Part shown: piece by piece, positions 1 to 11,699 of the stretch
How positions within the stretch are numbered: position 1 is the first letter of the stretch
How the letters are laid out: each line of letters starts with the position of its first letter
From: Malacoraja senta
Taxonomy: Eukaryota
Assembly (NCBI GenBank): GCA_038087875.1
Contig: JAXLNO010002598.1
Span: forward strand, 1 to 64,000
Direction of reading: 5' to 3'
Length of the DNA: 64,000 bases
Program-made: the position numbers and the translations under genes
The notes under the pieces: generated by a model
Databases searched by the model: none
What the model was told of the DNA's origin: nothing
The model's input: the letters and a program-made list of their open reading frames with translations, nothing else

Positions 1-868
1 CTTATATGTTTCAATGAGATCCCCTCTCATCCTTCTAAACTCCAGAGTGTACAAGCCAGCCGCTCCATTCTCTCATCATATGACAGTCCCGCCATCCCGG
101 GCATTAACCTGGTGAACCTACGCTGCACTCCCTCAATAGCAAGAATGTCCTTCCTCAAATTAGGGGACCAAAACTACACACAATACTCCAGGTGTGGTCT
201 CACTAGGGCCCTGTACAACTGCAGTAACATTAAAAAACAAAACGGAACCCACCACCATATACGATACAAATGAATATAGAAACATAGACAATAGGTGCAG
301 GAGTAGGCCATTCGGCCCTTCGAGCCTGCACCGCCATTCGATATGATCATGGCTGATCATCCAACTCAGTATCCTGTACCTGCCTTCTCTCCATACCCCC
401 TGATCCCTTTAGCCACAAGGGCCACATCTAACTCCCTCTTAAATATAGCCAATGAACTGGCCTCAACTACCTTCTGTGGCAGAGAATTCCACAGATTCAC
501 CACTCTCTGTGTGAAAAATGTTTTTCTCATCTCGGTCATAAAAGACATCCCCCTTATCCTTAAACTGTGACCCCTAGTTCTGGACTTGCCCAACATCGGG
601 AACAATCTTCCTGCATCTAGCCTGTCCAACCCCTTAAGAATTTTGTAAGTTTCTATAAGATCCTCCCTTAATCTTCTAAATTCTAGCGAGTACAAGCCGA
701 GTCTATCCAGTCTTTCTTCATATGAAAGTCCTGCCATCCCAGGAATCAGTCTGGTGAACCTTCTCTGTACTCCCTCTATGGCAAGAATGTCTTTCCTCAG
801 ATTAGGAGACCAAAACTGTACGCAATACTCCAGGTGTGGTCTCACCAAGGCCCTGTACAACTGCAGTA
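1..868 (-). mobile_element. Two 5'-truncated CR1 LINE 3' fragments (1-225, 281-868)
   Basis: ORF 366-932 encodes the CR1 RT C-terminus (RPHLEYCVQFWSP..EGVQRRFTRLIPG..FFTQRVVNLWNSLP). The reversed CR1 tail (agaaacatag..) is at ~281. Confidence 0.9.
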
Positions 869-869
869 G

Positions 870-1480
870 ATCCCAAATAACCCACCACCATAATACGAGA
901 CAAATGAATATCCCAAATAAACTATTATACAACTATGTTACACTCCGTGTCAAGGAGGCATTCCAACCCACCGGTGCCCAGCGGTCCCGGAAATCCCCCA
1001 GGATCCCCGTGGACTGTCCCTCTCTAACACCACCCGGGCACGGACGTAACCCCGGTAAAGAGGCTCGGGCAGCGCGCTCTCCCACCTGGCGCCGTGACTC
1101 GCGGAAGGCCAGCTTGGCCAAGCCCAGGAACAAACCCAACCAGGACAGCTTCAGCTCTCCCCCCTCTCCCCTACGCACAGACGTGCCCAGAGATGAGGGT
1201 GGTGGGTGTGAGGTGCAGCCAGAAGGCAAGGAGCAGCCCCATTAGATATTGGAACAGCCTCACACACTCCATGTACACGTGGAACACAGACTCTTCCTGT
1301 CCTCAAACATGGCAGGTGGCTGGCCAGACTGTGAACCGCCAGAGAAACAGGTTGCAGGGGACTCCTCGGTACAGTAGCCTCCAATTAATGTGGTTTGGTG
1401 CCGTTCACCCCTCCGTGTATGGAGCTGACAGCCATTCCCCTCTATCTCTACACTACACCACCGCACACCATGAATTATTC
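870..1480 (-). mobile_element. Degenerate Tx1-like (L1 clade) ORF2 C-terminal fragment and 3' UTR
   Basis: Minus ORF 933-1229 (LFLGLAKLAF..SRRQ..STGILGDFRDRWAP) resembles the C-terminus of fish Tx1-type ORF2 as I recall it. It is frameshifted. Confidence 0.65.
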
Positions 1481-1574
1481 GGTCATCTGGGCTTGTACTC
1501 ACTGGAATTTAGAAGGATGACAATAGACAATAGGTGCAGGAGTAGGCCATTCGGCCCTTTGAGCCAGCACCGCC

Positions 1575-3157
1575 GTTCATAGATACATAGAAAATAGGTG
1601 CAGGAGTAGGCCATTCGGCCCTTCGAGCCTGCACCGCCATTCAATATGATCATGGCTGATCATCCAACTCAGTATCCCGTACCTGCCTTCTCTCCATACC
1701 CCCTGATCCCTTTAGCCACAAGGGCCACATCTAACTCCCTCTTAAATATAGCCAATGAACTGGCCTCAACTACCCTCTGTGGCAGAGAGTTCCAGAGATT
1801 CACCACTCTCTGTGTGAAAACGTTTTTTCTCATCTCGGTCTTAAAGGATTTCCCCTTATCCTTAAGCTGTGACCCCTTGTCCTGGACTTCCCCAACATCG
1901 GGAACAATCTTCCTGCATCTAGCCTGTCCAACCCCATAAGAATTTTGTACGTTTCTATAAGATCCCCTCTCAATCTCCTAAATTCTAGCAAGTATAAGCC
2001 AAGTCTATCCAGTCATTCTTCATATGAAAGTCCCGACATCCCAGGAATCAGTCTGGTGAACCTTCTCTGTACTCCCTCTATGGCTATAATGTCCTTCCTC
2101 AGATTTGGAGACCAAAACTGTACGCAATACTCCAGGTGTGGTCTCACCAAGACCCTGTACAACTGCAGTAGAACCTCCCTGCTCCTATACTCAAATCCTT
2201 TTGCTATGAAAGCTAACATACCATTCGCTTTCTTCACTGCCTGCTGCACCTGCTTGCCTACTTTCAATGACTGGTGTACCATGACACCCAGGTCTCGCTG
2301 CATCTCCCCTTTTCCTAATCGGCCACCATTTTAGATAATAGTCTACTTTCCTGTTTTTGCCACCAAAGTGGATAACCTCACATTTATCCACATTATACTG
2401 CATCTGCCAAACATTTGCCCACTCACCCAGCCTATCCAAGTCACCTTGCAGTCTCCTAGCATCCTCCTCACAGCTAACACTGCCCCCCAGCTTAGTGTCA
2501 TCCGCAAACCTGGAGATGTTGCCTTCAATTCCCTCATCCAGATCATTAATATAAATTGTAAATAGCTGGGGTCACAGCACTGAGCCTTGCGGTACCCACT
2601 AGTCACTGCCTGCCATTGTGAAAAGGACCCGTTTACTCCTACTCTTGGCTTCCTGTTTGCCAGCCAGTTCTCTATCCACATCAATATTGAACCCCCAATA
2701 CCGTGTGCTTTAAGTTTGTATACTAATCTGTTATGTGGGACCTTGTCGAAAGCCTTCTGAAAGTCCATATACAACACATCCACTGGTTCTCCCCTATCCA
2801 CTCTACTAGTTACATCCTCGAAAAATTCTATAAGATTCGTCAGACATGATTTACCTTTCTTAAATCCATGCTGACTTTGTCCAATGATTTCACCACTTTC
2901 CAAATGTGCTGCTATCCCATCTTTAATAACTGACTCTAGCAGTTTCCCCACTACCGATGTTAGACTAACTGGTCTGTAATCCCCGTTTTCTCTCTCCCTC
3001 CCTTCTTAAAAAGTGGGGTTACGTTTGCTACCCTCCAATCCTCAGGAACTACTCCAGAATCTAAAGAGTTTTGAAAAATTATCACTAATGCATCCACTAT
3101 TTCTGGAGCTACTTCCTTAAGTACTCTGGGATGCAGCCTATCTGGCCCTGGTGATTT
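1575..3157 (-). mobile_element. CR1 LINE, RT region to 3' end, frameshifted
   Basis: ORFs 2013-2303, 2343-2951 and 2960-3175 carry CR1 RT motifs (KSPGPD, QHGF..KSCLTNL, MDFQKAFDKVPH). Confidence 0.92.
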
Positions 3158-3159
3158 AA

Positions 3160-3730
3160 TGTGATCATGGCCCAATCAGTACCCCGTTCCTGCCTTCTCC
3201 CATATCCCCTGACTCCGCTATCTTTAAGAGCACTATCTAACTCTCTCTTGAAAGCATCCGGAGAACCGGCCTCCACCGCCTCTGAGGCAGAGAATTCCAC
3301 AGACTCACCACTCTCTGTGAGAAAAAGTGTTTCCTCGTCTCCGTTCTAAATGGCTTACTCCTTATTCTTAAATTGTGTGGCCCCTGGTTCTGGACTCCCC
3401 CAACATCGGGAACATGTTTCCTGAACATGTTGTGAATCTGTGGAATTCTCTGCCACAGACGACATTGGAGGCCAATTCACTGGATGTTTTCAAGAGAGAG
3501 TTGGATTTAGCTCTTAGGACTAAAGGAATCAAGGGATATGGGGAGAAGGCAGGAACGGGGTACTGATTGTGGATGATCACCCATGATCACATTGAATGTC
3601 TGGAGTTCAGAAGGATGAGAGGGGATCTTTTGAAACATATAAGATTGTTAAGGGTTTGGGCACGCTAGAGGCTGGCGGTGCTGGCTGGAAGGGCCGAATG
3701 GCCAACTCCTGAACCTATTGTGTATTGAAC
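3160..3730. mobile_element. Oppositely oriented CR1 3' fragments
   Basis: A minus fragment (3160-3425) abuts plus-strand 3' fragments (3425-3730). Confidence 0.8.
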
Positions 3731-3884
3731 GGCGGTGCTGGCTGGAAGGGCCGAATGGCCAACTCCTGCACCACCTATGTTTCTACACGACACACCAGTT
3801 ACATTTCTTGTCCCACACACCAATTGCTACAGTGAGTTTGGAGTTAGTGCCAGTGTGATTATTAATGTGGTGTTGGTCATACAG

Positions 3885-4208
3885 AGCCCCCGAGTGTGGT
3901 CCTGAGCCCGTCGCCCCTCTACGTGTCCGCCGGTCAGTCCCAGGACGTTGTGTGTGAGGTGAGCGGCTACTACCCGCTGGACGTGACTGTGACGTGGTGG
4001 CGCCGGGCGGCCGGAGACACCAGTGACCGGCCGCTGACCCACAGCTGGCAGCTGGGGCACCAGAGGAACCAGGACGGCACTTTCAATGTGAGCAGCGGCG
4101 TCCAGGTGAGGCCCGGCGTGGCCGATCACGGAGACGTCTACACCTGTCATGTGGAGCACCTGTCCATGGCCGCAGGTGTCCGGAGGGACATCACACTGAT
4201 GGTGGCAG
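3885..4208 (+). CDS. TAPBP: Tapasin IgC1-domain exon (phase 1-1, 324 bp)
   Basis: Acceptor atacag|, donor GCAG|gtaagg. Translates EPPSVVLSPSPLYVSAGQSQDVVCEVSGYYPLDVTVTWW..DGTFNVSS..HGDVYTCHVEHLSMAAGVRRDITLMVAG, a C1-set Ig fold with the tapasin-like LxVAG end. Confidence 0.9.
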
Positions 4209-4229
4209 GTAAGGCCCGGGGGACTGGCC

Positions 4230-5275
4230 CTTCCTCACCTCCCCCTCAACTACCCTCAATCCCCTCCCCCTTCCTCACCTCCCCCTCAACTACCCTCATC
4301 TCCCCTCAACTACCCNNNNNNNNNNNNNNNNNNNNNNNNNNNNNNNNNNNNNNNNNNNNNNNNNNNNNNNNNNNNNNNNNNNNNNNNNNNNNNNNNNNNN
4401 NNNNNNNNNNNNNNNNNNNNNNNNNNNNNNNNNNNNNNNNNNNNNNNNNNNNNNTCCTCTTCTCACATCCCTTCCTCCCCTCCTCACCTTCCCTCCCTTC
4501 TCCATCCCCCCCCTCACCTCCTGCTACTCGTGCACATATTGTCTATTGTCTATTGAATGGCGGTGCTGGCTGGAAGGGTCGAATGGCTGACTGCCCCCTC
4601 CTCACCACCCCTCCCTCCTACCCTTCCCTTCCCCTCCTCCCCTCCTCCCCTCCTCACCTCTCCTCCCCTCCTCCCTCCTCCCCCTCCTCGCCTCCCCTTC
4701 CCCCCCATCCCCTCCCCCTCCTCCTCCCTCCTCACTGGACTTTGTTGCCTTCCCTCACAGTGGGAACCATTGTGTTGGGGATGTGTTTCTGTTCAATGTT
4801 AAATTCTTTAATGATGTGTTTTACTTTTATTGGTTGTGCTGCAAATGGCAGCTCAAATTTCACTTCCCCAATTGGTGTAGGTGGCAATAAATATCCTTTG
4901 TCCTCGTCCCCTCCCTCCTCACCTCCCCTCCACCCCTTCCCTCACCTCTCCTTCCCTCTCCTCCCCTCCCTCACCTCCATCCCTTCCCTCTCCTCTCCTC
5001 CCCTCCTCACCTCCATCCCTTCCTTCTCCTCCTCCCCTCCTCACCTCCATCCCTTCCCTCTCCTCTCCTCCCATCCTCCCCCCCCCCCTCCACCCCTTCC
5101 CTCACCTCTCCTTCCCTCCTCCCCTCCCCTCCTCACCTCCCCTCCCTCCTCACCTCCCCTCCCCCCATCTCCTCACCTCCCCTCCCCCCACCTCCTCACC
5201 TCACCTCCCCCCCTCCCCCCACCTCCTCACCTCCCCTCTCCCCCCTCCGCCCCCCCCCCCTCCGCTCCTCACCTA
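4230..5275 (+). repeat. Polypyrimidine low-complexity tract (CCTC/CCCCT-type), interrupted by the gap, a CR1 tail scrap and a unique block at ~4735-4900
   Basis: Almost pure C/T on +. The Pro/Ser-rich ORFs here are artefacts. Confidence 0.95.
4316..4454. other. Assembly gap (139 N)
   Basis: Run of N inside a low-complexity C/T tract. Confidence 1.
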
Positions 5276-5548
5276 TGTAGTGGCCATTTGGCCTGTTTTG
5301 CATGTCATTGATGATGGCGTGTGAGAGACGGGAGGGAGGGGTGGAGTGAGAGAAGAGGAAAGAGAAAGAGGGTTTGAGGAGAGGGTGGAGGAGAGGGAGA
5401 GGGGGGAGAGACAAACAGGGTCTATTGTCTATTGTGTTTGAGCTCGGGGGGTCAGGTGTGGGTTCAGGGGTCAGGTGTGGGGTCAAGGGGTCAGGTGTGG
5501 GGTCAAGGGTCATGGGCAGTGAGCTGACCTTTCCTGCTCATCCTGCAG

Positions 5549-5648
5549 GAGCGTCAGGACCCAAGATGGAGGACGCCATGACTTCTCCTCTGCGCCTTCA
5601 TCCTCTACGGGGCCCTCAAGATGTTTCACCATTGGCTCTTCCCCCAAG
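5549..5648 (+). CDS. TAPBP: Tapasin connecting-peptide/transmembrane exon, frameshifted as written
   Basis: Acceptor catcctgcag|, donor CAAG|gtgagt. Starts GASGPKMEDA; the shifted frame gives LLLCAFILYGALKMFHHWLFPQ, matching the tapasin pattern GxSGPxxED..LYGxxK with the conserved TM Lys. Length is 100 bp, not a multiple of 3. Confidence 0.88.
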
Positions 5649-5679
5649 GTGAGTTCACTATCGTCACGTGTACCGAGGT

Positions 5680-6910
5680 ACAACAGACAATAGACAACAG
5701 GTGCAGGAGTAGGCCATTCGGCCCTTCCAGCCAGCACTGCCTTTTAATGTGATCATGGCTGATCATCCACAATCAGTACCCCGTTCCTGCCTTCTCCCCA
5801 TACCCCCTGACTCCGCTATCTGTAAGAGCCCTATCTAGCTCTCTCTTGAAAGCATCCAGAGAACTGGCCTCCACCGCCCTCTGAGGCAGAGAATTCCACA
5901 GACTCACAACTCTCAGAGAGAAAAAGTGTTTCCTCGACTCCTTTCTAAATCACATTGAATGGCGGTGCTGGGTCGAAGGGCCAAATGGCCTGCTCTTACA
6001 CCTATTGGCTATTGTCTAAATGGCTTACCCCTTATTCTTAAACTGTGGCCCCTGGTTCTGGACTCCCCCAAAATCGGGAACATGTTTCCTGCCTCTAGCG
6101 TGTCCAAACTATTAACAATCTTACATGTTTCAATGAGATCACCTCTCATCCTTCTAAACTCCAGAGTATACAATACTCCAGGTGTGGTCTCACTAGGCTC
6201 TACAGTGGAAAGCTTTGTACCGCGGGCTAACCAGCCAGCAGAAAGACTGGGTAGTCATGGTGGTGCAGCGGTAGAGTTGCTGCCTCACGGCCAATGCAGG
6301 GCTAGAGACACTATGACTGTACCTCAGTCCTGCCAATGTCCGTCAACCACTAACTCCTTTATCTTGCTGACATTGAGGGAAAGGTTCAGGAAGTTCAAGT
6401 TGGGAAAAGGGGAAGTACAACGGGATCTGGGGGGTCCTTGTACATCAGTCTATGAAAATAAGCATGCAGGTACAGCAGCAGTGAAGAAAGCCATGTTGGC
6501 CTTTATAACAAGAGGAGTTGAGTGTCGGGGCAAAGAGGTCCTTCTGCAGTTGTACAGGCCCTAGTGAGACCACACCTGGAGTATTGTGTGCAGTTTTGGT
6601 CCCCTAATTTGAGGAAGGACATTCTTGCTATTGAGGGAGTGCAGCGTAGGTTCACTAGGTTAATTTGTGGATGGCGGGACTGTCTTATGCTGAGAGAATG
6701 GAGTGGCTGGGCTTGTACACTCTGGAGTTTTAGACGGATGAGAGGGAAGCTTATTGAAACATATAAGATTATTAAGGGACTGGACACGTTAGAGGCAGGA
6801 AACATGTTCCCGATGTTGGGGGAGTCCAGAACCAGGGGCCACAGTTTAAGAATAAGGGTTCGGCCATTTAGAACGGAGATGAGGAGACAATTTTTCACAC
6901 AGAGGGTTGT
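5680..6910. mobile_element. CR1 3' fragments in both orientations plus a SINE 5' scrap (~6250-6310)
   Basis: ORFs 5959-6564, 6503-6898 and 6522-6989 carry CR1 RT-tail motifs. Confidence 0.85.
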
Positions 6911-7266
6911 GTTGTCACCCAGCCTTCAGCCAACCATGGACTCCTTCATCAACCTTCATTACTTTTTTCCATATTTTTCATTCCTTTGATCTGTAAATCT
7001 CTTCATTGCCGTTGAAAACCCTTGATTTCCTCTCCCCTGACTCAGTCTGGAGAAGGGTCTCGACCCGAAACGTCACCTATCCATGTTCTCCACAGATGCT
7101 GCCTGACCCGCTGAGTTAATCCAGCACTCTGTGAAACGTCACCTATCCATGTTCTCCACAGATGCTGCCTGACCGCTGAGTTACTCCAGCACTCTGTGAA
7201 AAGTCACCTATCCATGTTCTCCACAGATGCTGCCTGACCCGCTGAGTTACTCCAGCACTCTGTGAA
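6910..7266 (+). mobile_element. Penelope-like 3' end with three tandem ~66-bp copies of its terminal segment
   Basis: gaaacgtcacctatccatgttctccacagatgctgcctgacccgctgagttactccagcactctgt repeated at ~7067, 7133 and 7198. The same terminal motif ends the Penelope elements elsewhere in the window. Confidence 0.75.
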
Positions 7267-7383
7267 ACATAGAAACATAGAAAATACGTGCAGGAGTAGG
7301 CCATTCGGACCTTCGAGCCTGCACCGCCATTCAATATGATCATGGCTGTCCACTGTCTGAATTGTCTGCTTTCTTTTCCGCAG

Positions 7384-7421
7384 TGAACCTGCCCAGAGGG
7401 AACTCGGAGGAAGAACTCAAG
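7384..7421 (+). CDS. TAPBP: Tapasin cytoplasmic exon (VNLPRGNSEEELK; phase 1-0)
   Basis: Acceptor ttcttttccgcag|, donor CAAG|gtaagc. Phase fits the corrected TM exon and the last exon. Confidence 0.8.
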
Positions 7422-7461
7422 GTAAGCGATCCACTGTTGCCATTGGGATGGTGAAATCTCA

Positions 7462-7730
7462 AGACACAGAGACACAGGGACACAGGGACACAGGGACACA
7501 GAGACCCAGGGTCACAGAGTCACAGAGTCACAGAGTCACAGAGTCACAGAGTCACAGAGTCACAGTCACAGAGTCACAGAGTCACAGGGTCACAGGGTCA
7601 CAGAGTCACAGAGTCACAGAGTCACAGGGACACAGGGTCACAGAGACACAGAGTCACAGAGTCACAGAGACACAGGGACACAGAGACACAGAGACACAGA
7701 GACACAGTCACAGAGACACAGGGTCACAGA
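7462..7730. repeat. Imperfect 8-bp microsatellite (CACAGAGT/CACAGGGA)n
   Basis: Direct inspection. Confidence 0.95.
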
Positions 7731-7744
7731 CAGGGGATCTTATT

Positions 7745-8680
7745 ACATAGATACATAGTAAATAGGTGCAGGAGTAGGCCATTCGGCCCTTCGAGCCTGC
7801 ACCGCCATTCAATACGATCATGGCTGATCATCCAACTCAGTATCCCGTACCTGCCTTCTCTCCATACCCCCTGATCCCTTTAGCCACAAGGGCCACATCT
7901 AATTCCCTCTTAAATATAGCCAATGAACTGGCCTCAACTACCCTCTGTGGCAGAGAGTTCCAGAGATTCACCACTCTCTGTGTGAAAAAGTTTTTCCTCA
8001 TCTCGGTCTTAAAGGATTTCCCCCTTATCCTTAAGCTGTGACCCCTTGTCCTGGACTTCCCCAACATCGGGAACAATCTTCCTGCATCTAGCCTGTCCAA
8101 CCCCATAAGAATTTTGTACGTTTCTATAAGATCCCCTCTCAATCTCCTAAATTCTAGCGAGTATAAGCCAAGTCTATCCAGTCTTTCTTCATATGAAAGT
8201 CCTGACATCCCAGTAATCAGTCTGGTGAACCTTCTCTGCACTCCCTCTATGGCTATAATGTCCTTCCTCAGATTTGGAGACCAAAACTGTACCAAAACTA
8301 TTGAAACATATAATATTATTAAGGGTTTGGACACTCTAGAGGCAGGAAACATGTTCCCGATGTTGGGGAGTCCAGAACCAGGGGCCACACAGTTTAAGAA
8401 TAATGGGTAGGCCATTTAGAACGGAGACGAGAAACACTTTTTCTCACAGAGAGTGGTGAGTCTGTGGAATTCTCTGCCTCAGAGGGCGTTGGAGGCCGTT
8501 TCTCTGAATGATTTCAAGAGAGAGCTAAATAGGGCTCTTAAAAATAGCGGTCAGGGGATATGGGGAGAAGGCAGGAACGGGGTACTGATTGGGGATGATC
8601 AGCCATGATCACATTGAATGGCAGTGCTGGATCAAAGGGCCGAATGGCCTCCTCCTGCACCTGTTGTCTATTGTCTGTTG
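7745..8680. mobile_element. Minus-strand CR1 3' end (7745-8290) fused to a plus-strand CR1 3' end (8295-8680)
   Basis: ORFs 7837-8415 and 8114-8410; CR1 tails at both outer ends. Confidence 0.88.
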
Positions 8681-8774
8681 TCTATCACATGCAATTTGCG
8701 GTTTTGCATGCACTGTTATTGCAGAACTCCTTCAGAGCGGCACGGTGCGCAGCGGCAGAGTTGCTACCTTACAG

Positions 8775-9510
8775 AGGGAGGGGGGGCGAGAGGGAGAGAG
8801 GGAAGGGAAAATGGAGAGGAGGAGGAAGGGAGAGGGGGAGAGGGTAGCGGAGAATGGAGAGCAGGAGGGGGATGGAGAGAGGGATTGAGAGGGGGAGAGA
8901 GGGAAGGAGAGAATGGAGAAGGGGGGTGGAGGGAGAGAGAGAAGGGGAGAATGGAGAAAGGGAGGGGGAGGAGGGGGAGTTTAGGGGAACATGGAGAAAG
9001 GGATTGAGAGAGGGAGAGAATGAAGGGGAGAAAGGAGAAAGGGAGGGGGGAGTGGAGGGTGGAGGTGGGGAATTGAGGGCGAAAGGAAGGGAGGGAGGGA
9101 TGGAGAGGTGAAAGGGAAGAATGGGGAGAGGGAGGAAGAGGGCATGGAGAGAGGAAGGGGAGAATGGGGAGCGGGAGGGTGGCGGTGGAGGGAGGAGGAG
9201 GGGTGGAAGGAGGGAGAGAGGGAGGGGGGTGGGAGAGGGAAGGGGAGAATGGAGAGCGAGAGGGGGGATGGAGGTAGGATGGGGGGCATGGAGAGAGGGA
9301 TTGAGAGAGGGAAGGGGATAATGGAGAGCGGGAGGGGGGCGAGTGGGGGGAGGGGAAGACGCAATGACATTTCATTCAGACCTGCATTTATTGATGTATT
9401 TCTGAATGAAAAATAAACATTTGCTTGATTGGGAAGGGAGGGAATGGGAGAGAGGGAGCGAGGGGAGGGGGGAGGATGGAGGGAAGGTGAGAGGGAGGCA
9501 GCAGAGGAGG
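8775..9510 (+). repeat. Polypurine (G/A) low-complexity tract
   Basis: GGAGAG/GAGGG-rich sequence with many G-runs. Confidence 0.95.
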
Positions 9511-9566
9511 AGTGGGAAGACAGTGATTGCTTCGTCTAAACCTCCTCTCTGTCATTTGTCTTCCAG

Positions 9567-9578
9567 AAGAGAAACTAA
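9567..9578 (+). CDS. TAPBP: Tapasin last coding exon (KRN-stop), completing a C-terminal KKxx ER-retrieval motif (ELK|KRN*)
   Basis: Acceptor ctctctgtcatttgtcttccag|AAG AGA AAC TAA. Mirrors the tiny last exon of mammalian tapasin (K|KAE*). Confidence 0.78.
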   Translation, partial: KRN

Positions 9579-9997
9579 CCCTGTGAACAGCGGCCATAAG
9601 GCAGGGGTAGGTATACACTGCGGGGAGAGAGGGAGGGGGGAGGGGAGGGCGTCCTCATTACCTCCACTTCCTGAGGGTGGGTCCTGTAAATCCCCTCGCC
9701 TGGGACATTGGTAGATCAGCCAATCATCTCCTCCCTACCAATGGCCATCAGTAGACCAAGCAATGATGGGTTTGACCGGGTCGGGCGCGGACAGAGTACT
9801 GGAGTAACTCAGCGGGTCAGGCAGCATCTGTGGGGAATGTAGACACAAAATGCTGGAGTAACTCAGCGGGTCAGGCAGCATCAATTGGAGGAGCAGCACC
9901 TCATATTTTCGCTTGGGCAGCTGACACCCCAGCGGTATGAACATTGACTTCTCCAACTTCAAGTGAAATCTTTCTCTCCATCCCCTCCCCCTTCCAA

Positions 9998-11690
9998 ATA
10001 GGTGCAGGAATAGGCTATTCGGCCCTTCGACCCAGCGCCGCCATTCAATGTTATCATGGCTGATTATCCCCAATCAGTACCCTGGTCCTGCCTTCTCCCC
10101 ATTTCCCCTGACTCCGCTATCTTTAAGAGCCCTATCTAGCTCTCTCTTGGAAGTATCCAGAGAACCGGCCTCCACCGCCCCCTGAGGCAGACAATTCCAC
10201 AGACTCACCACTCTCTGTGAGAAAAAGTGTTTCCTCGTCTCCGTTCTAAATGGCTTACCCCTTATTCTTAAACTGTGGCCACCGGTTCTGGACTCCCCCA
10301 ACATCGGGAACATGTTTCCTGCCTCTAGCGTGTCCAAACTATTAACAATCTTATATGTTTCAATAAGATTCCCTCTCATCCTTCTAAACTCCAGAGTGTA
10401 CAAGCCCAGCCGCTCCATTCTCTCAGCATATGACAGTCCGCCATCCCGGGAATTAACCTGGTGAACCTACGCGGCACTCCCTCAATAGCAAAAATGTCCT
10501 TCCTCAAATTAGGGGACCAAAACTGCACACAATACTCCAGGTGTGGTCTCATTAGGGCTTTGTACAGCTGCAGAACGACCTCTTTGCTCCTATACTCGAC
10601 TCCTCTTGTTATAGAGGCCATTTGCTTTCTTCACTGCCTGCTGTACCTGCATGCTTACTTTCATAGACTGATGAACAAGGATCCCCAGATCCCGTTGTAC
10701 TTCCCCTTTTCCCAACTTGACGCCATTTAGATAATAATCTGCCTTCCCGTTTTTGCTACCAAAGTGGATAACCTCAGATTTATCCACATTAAACCTCATC
10801 TGCCAGGCATCTGCCCACTCCCCCAACCTGTCCAAGTCACCCTGCATTCTCATAGCAGCCTCCTCACAGTTCACACTGCCACCCAGCTTTGTGTCATGGT
10901 CAAATTTGCTAATGTTACTTTGAATCCCTTCATCCAAATCATTGATGTATATTGTAAATAGCTGTGGTCCCAGCACCGAGCCTTGCGGTACCCCACTAGT
11001 CACTGCTGGTCCCAGCACGAGCCTTGCGGTACCCCACTAGTCACTGCCTGCCATTCTGAATGGGACTCGTTAATCCCTACTCTTTGTTTCCTGTCTGCCA
11101 ACCAATTCTCTATCCATGTCAGCACTCGACCCCAATACCATGTGCCCTAATTTTGCCTACTAATCTCCTATGTGGGACCTTATCAAATGCTTTCTGAAAG
11201 TCCAGGTACACTACATCCACTGGTTCTCCCTTGTCCATTTTCCTAGTTACATCCTCAAAAAATCCAGAAGATTAATCAAGCATGATTTCCCCTTCGTAAA
11301 TCCATGCTGACTCGGACCGATCCTGTTACTGCTATCCAAATGTTGGCTATTTCATCTTTTATAATTGACTCCAGCATCTTCCCCACCACAGATGTCAGGC
11401 TAACTGTTCTATAATTCCCTGTTTTCTCTCTCCTGCCTTTCTGAAAAAGTGGGATAACATTAGCTACCCACAATCCACAGGAACTGATCCTGAGTCTTTC
11501 GAACATTGAAAAATTATCACCAATGCACCACGATTTCTAAGTCACTTACTTAAGTACCCTGGGATGCAGACCATCAGGCCCTGGGGATTTATCAGCCTTC
11601 AGTCCCATCAGTCTACCCAACACCATTTCCTGCCCAATGTGGATTTCCTTCAGTTCCTCCGTCACCCCAGATCCTCTGGCCACTACTATA
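9998..11690 (-). mobile_element. CR1 LINE RT to 3' end, fragmented
   Basis: ORFs 10074-10418, 10376-10621, 10590-11018 (VPQGSVLGP, YINDLD, KFDHDTK) and 11276-11506. Confidence 0.9.
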
Positions 11691-11699
11691 TCAGGAATA

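Noticed and set aside
215-915. Two CR1 fragments ending at nearly the same base next to Tx1-like UTR, suggesting Tx1 target specificity
   Set aside because: The junctions are on the CR1 5'-truncation side, differ by a few bases and have no TSD. Two events cannot support specificity.
3896-5311. 471-aa ORF as one protein
   Set aside because: Only 3885-4208 is exon; the rest is read-through into low-complexity intron and N gap.
8589-9416. Gly/Glu/Arg- and Pro/Ser-rich ORFs
   Set aside because: Artefacts of the polypurine tract.
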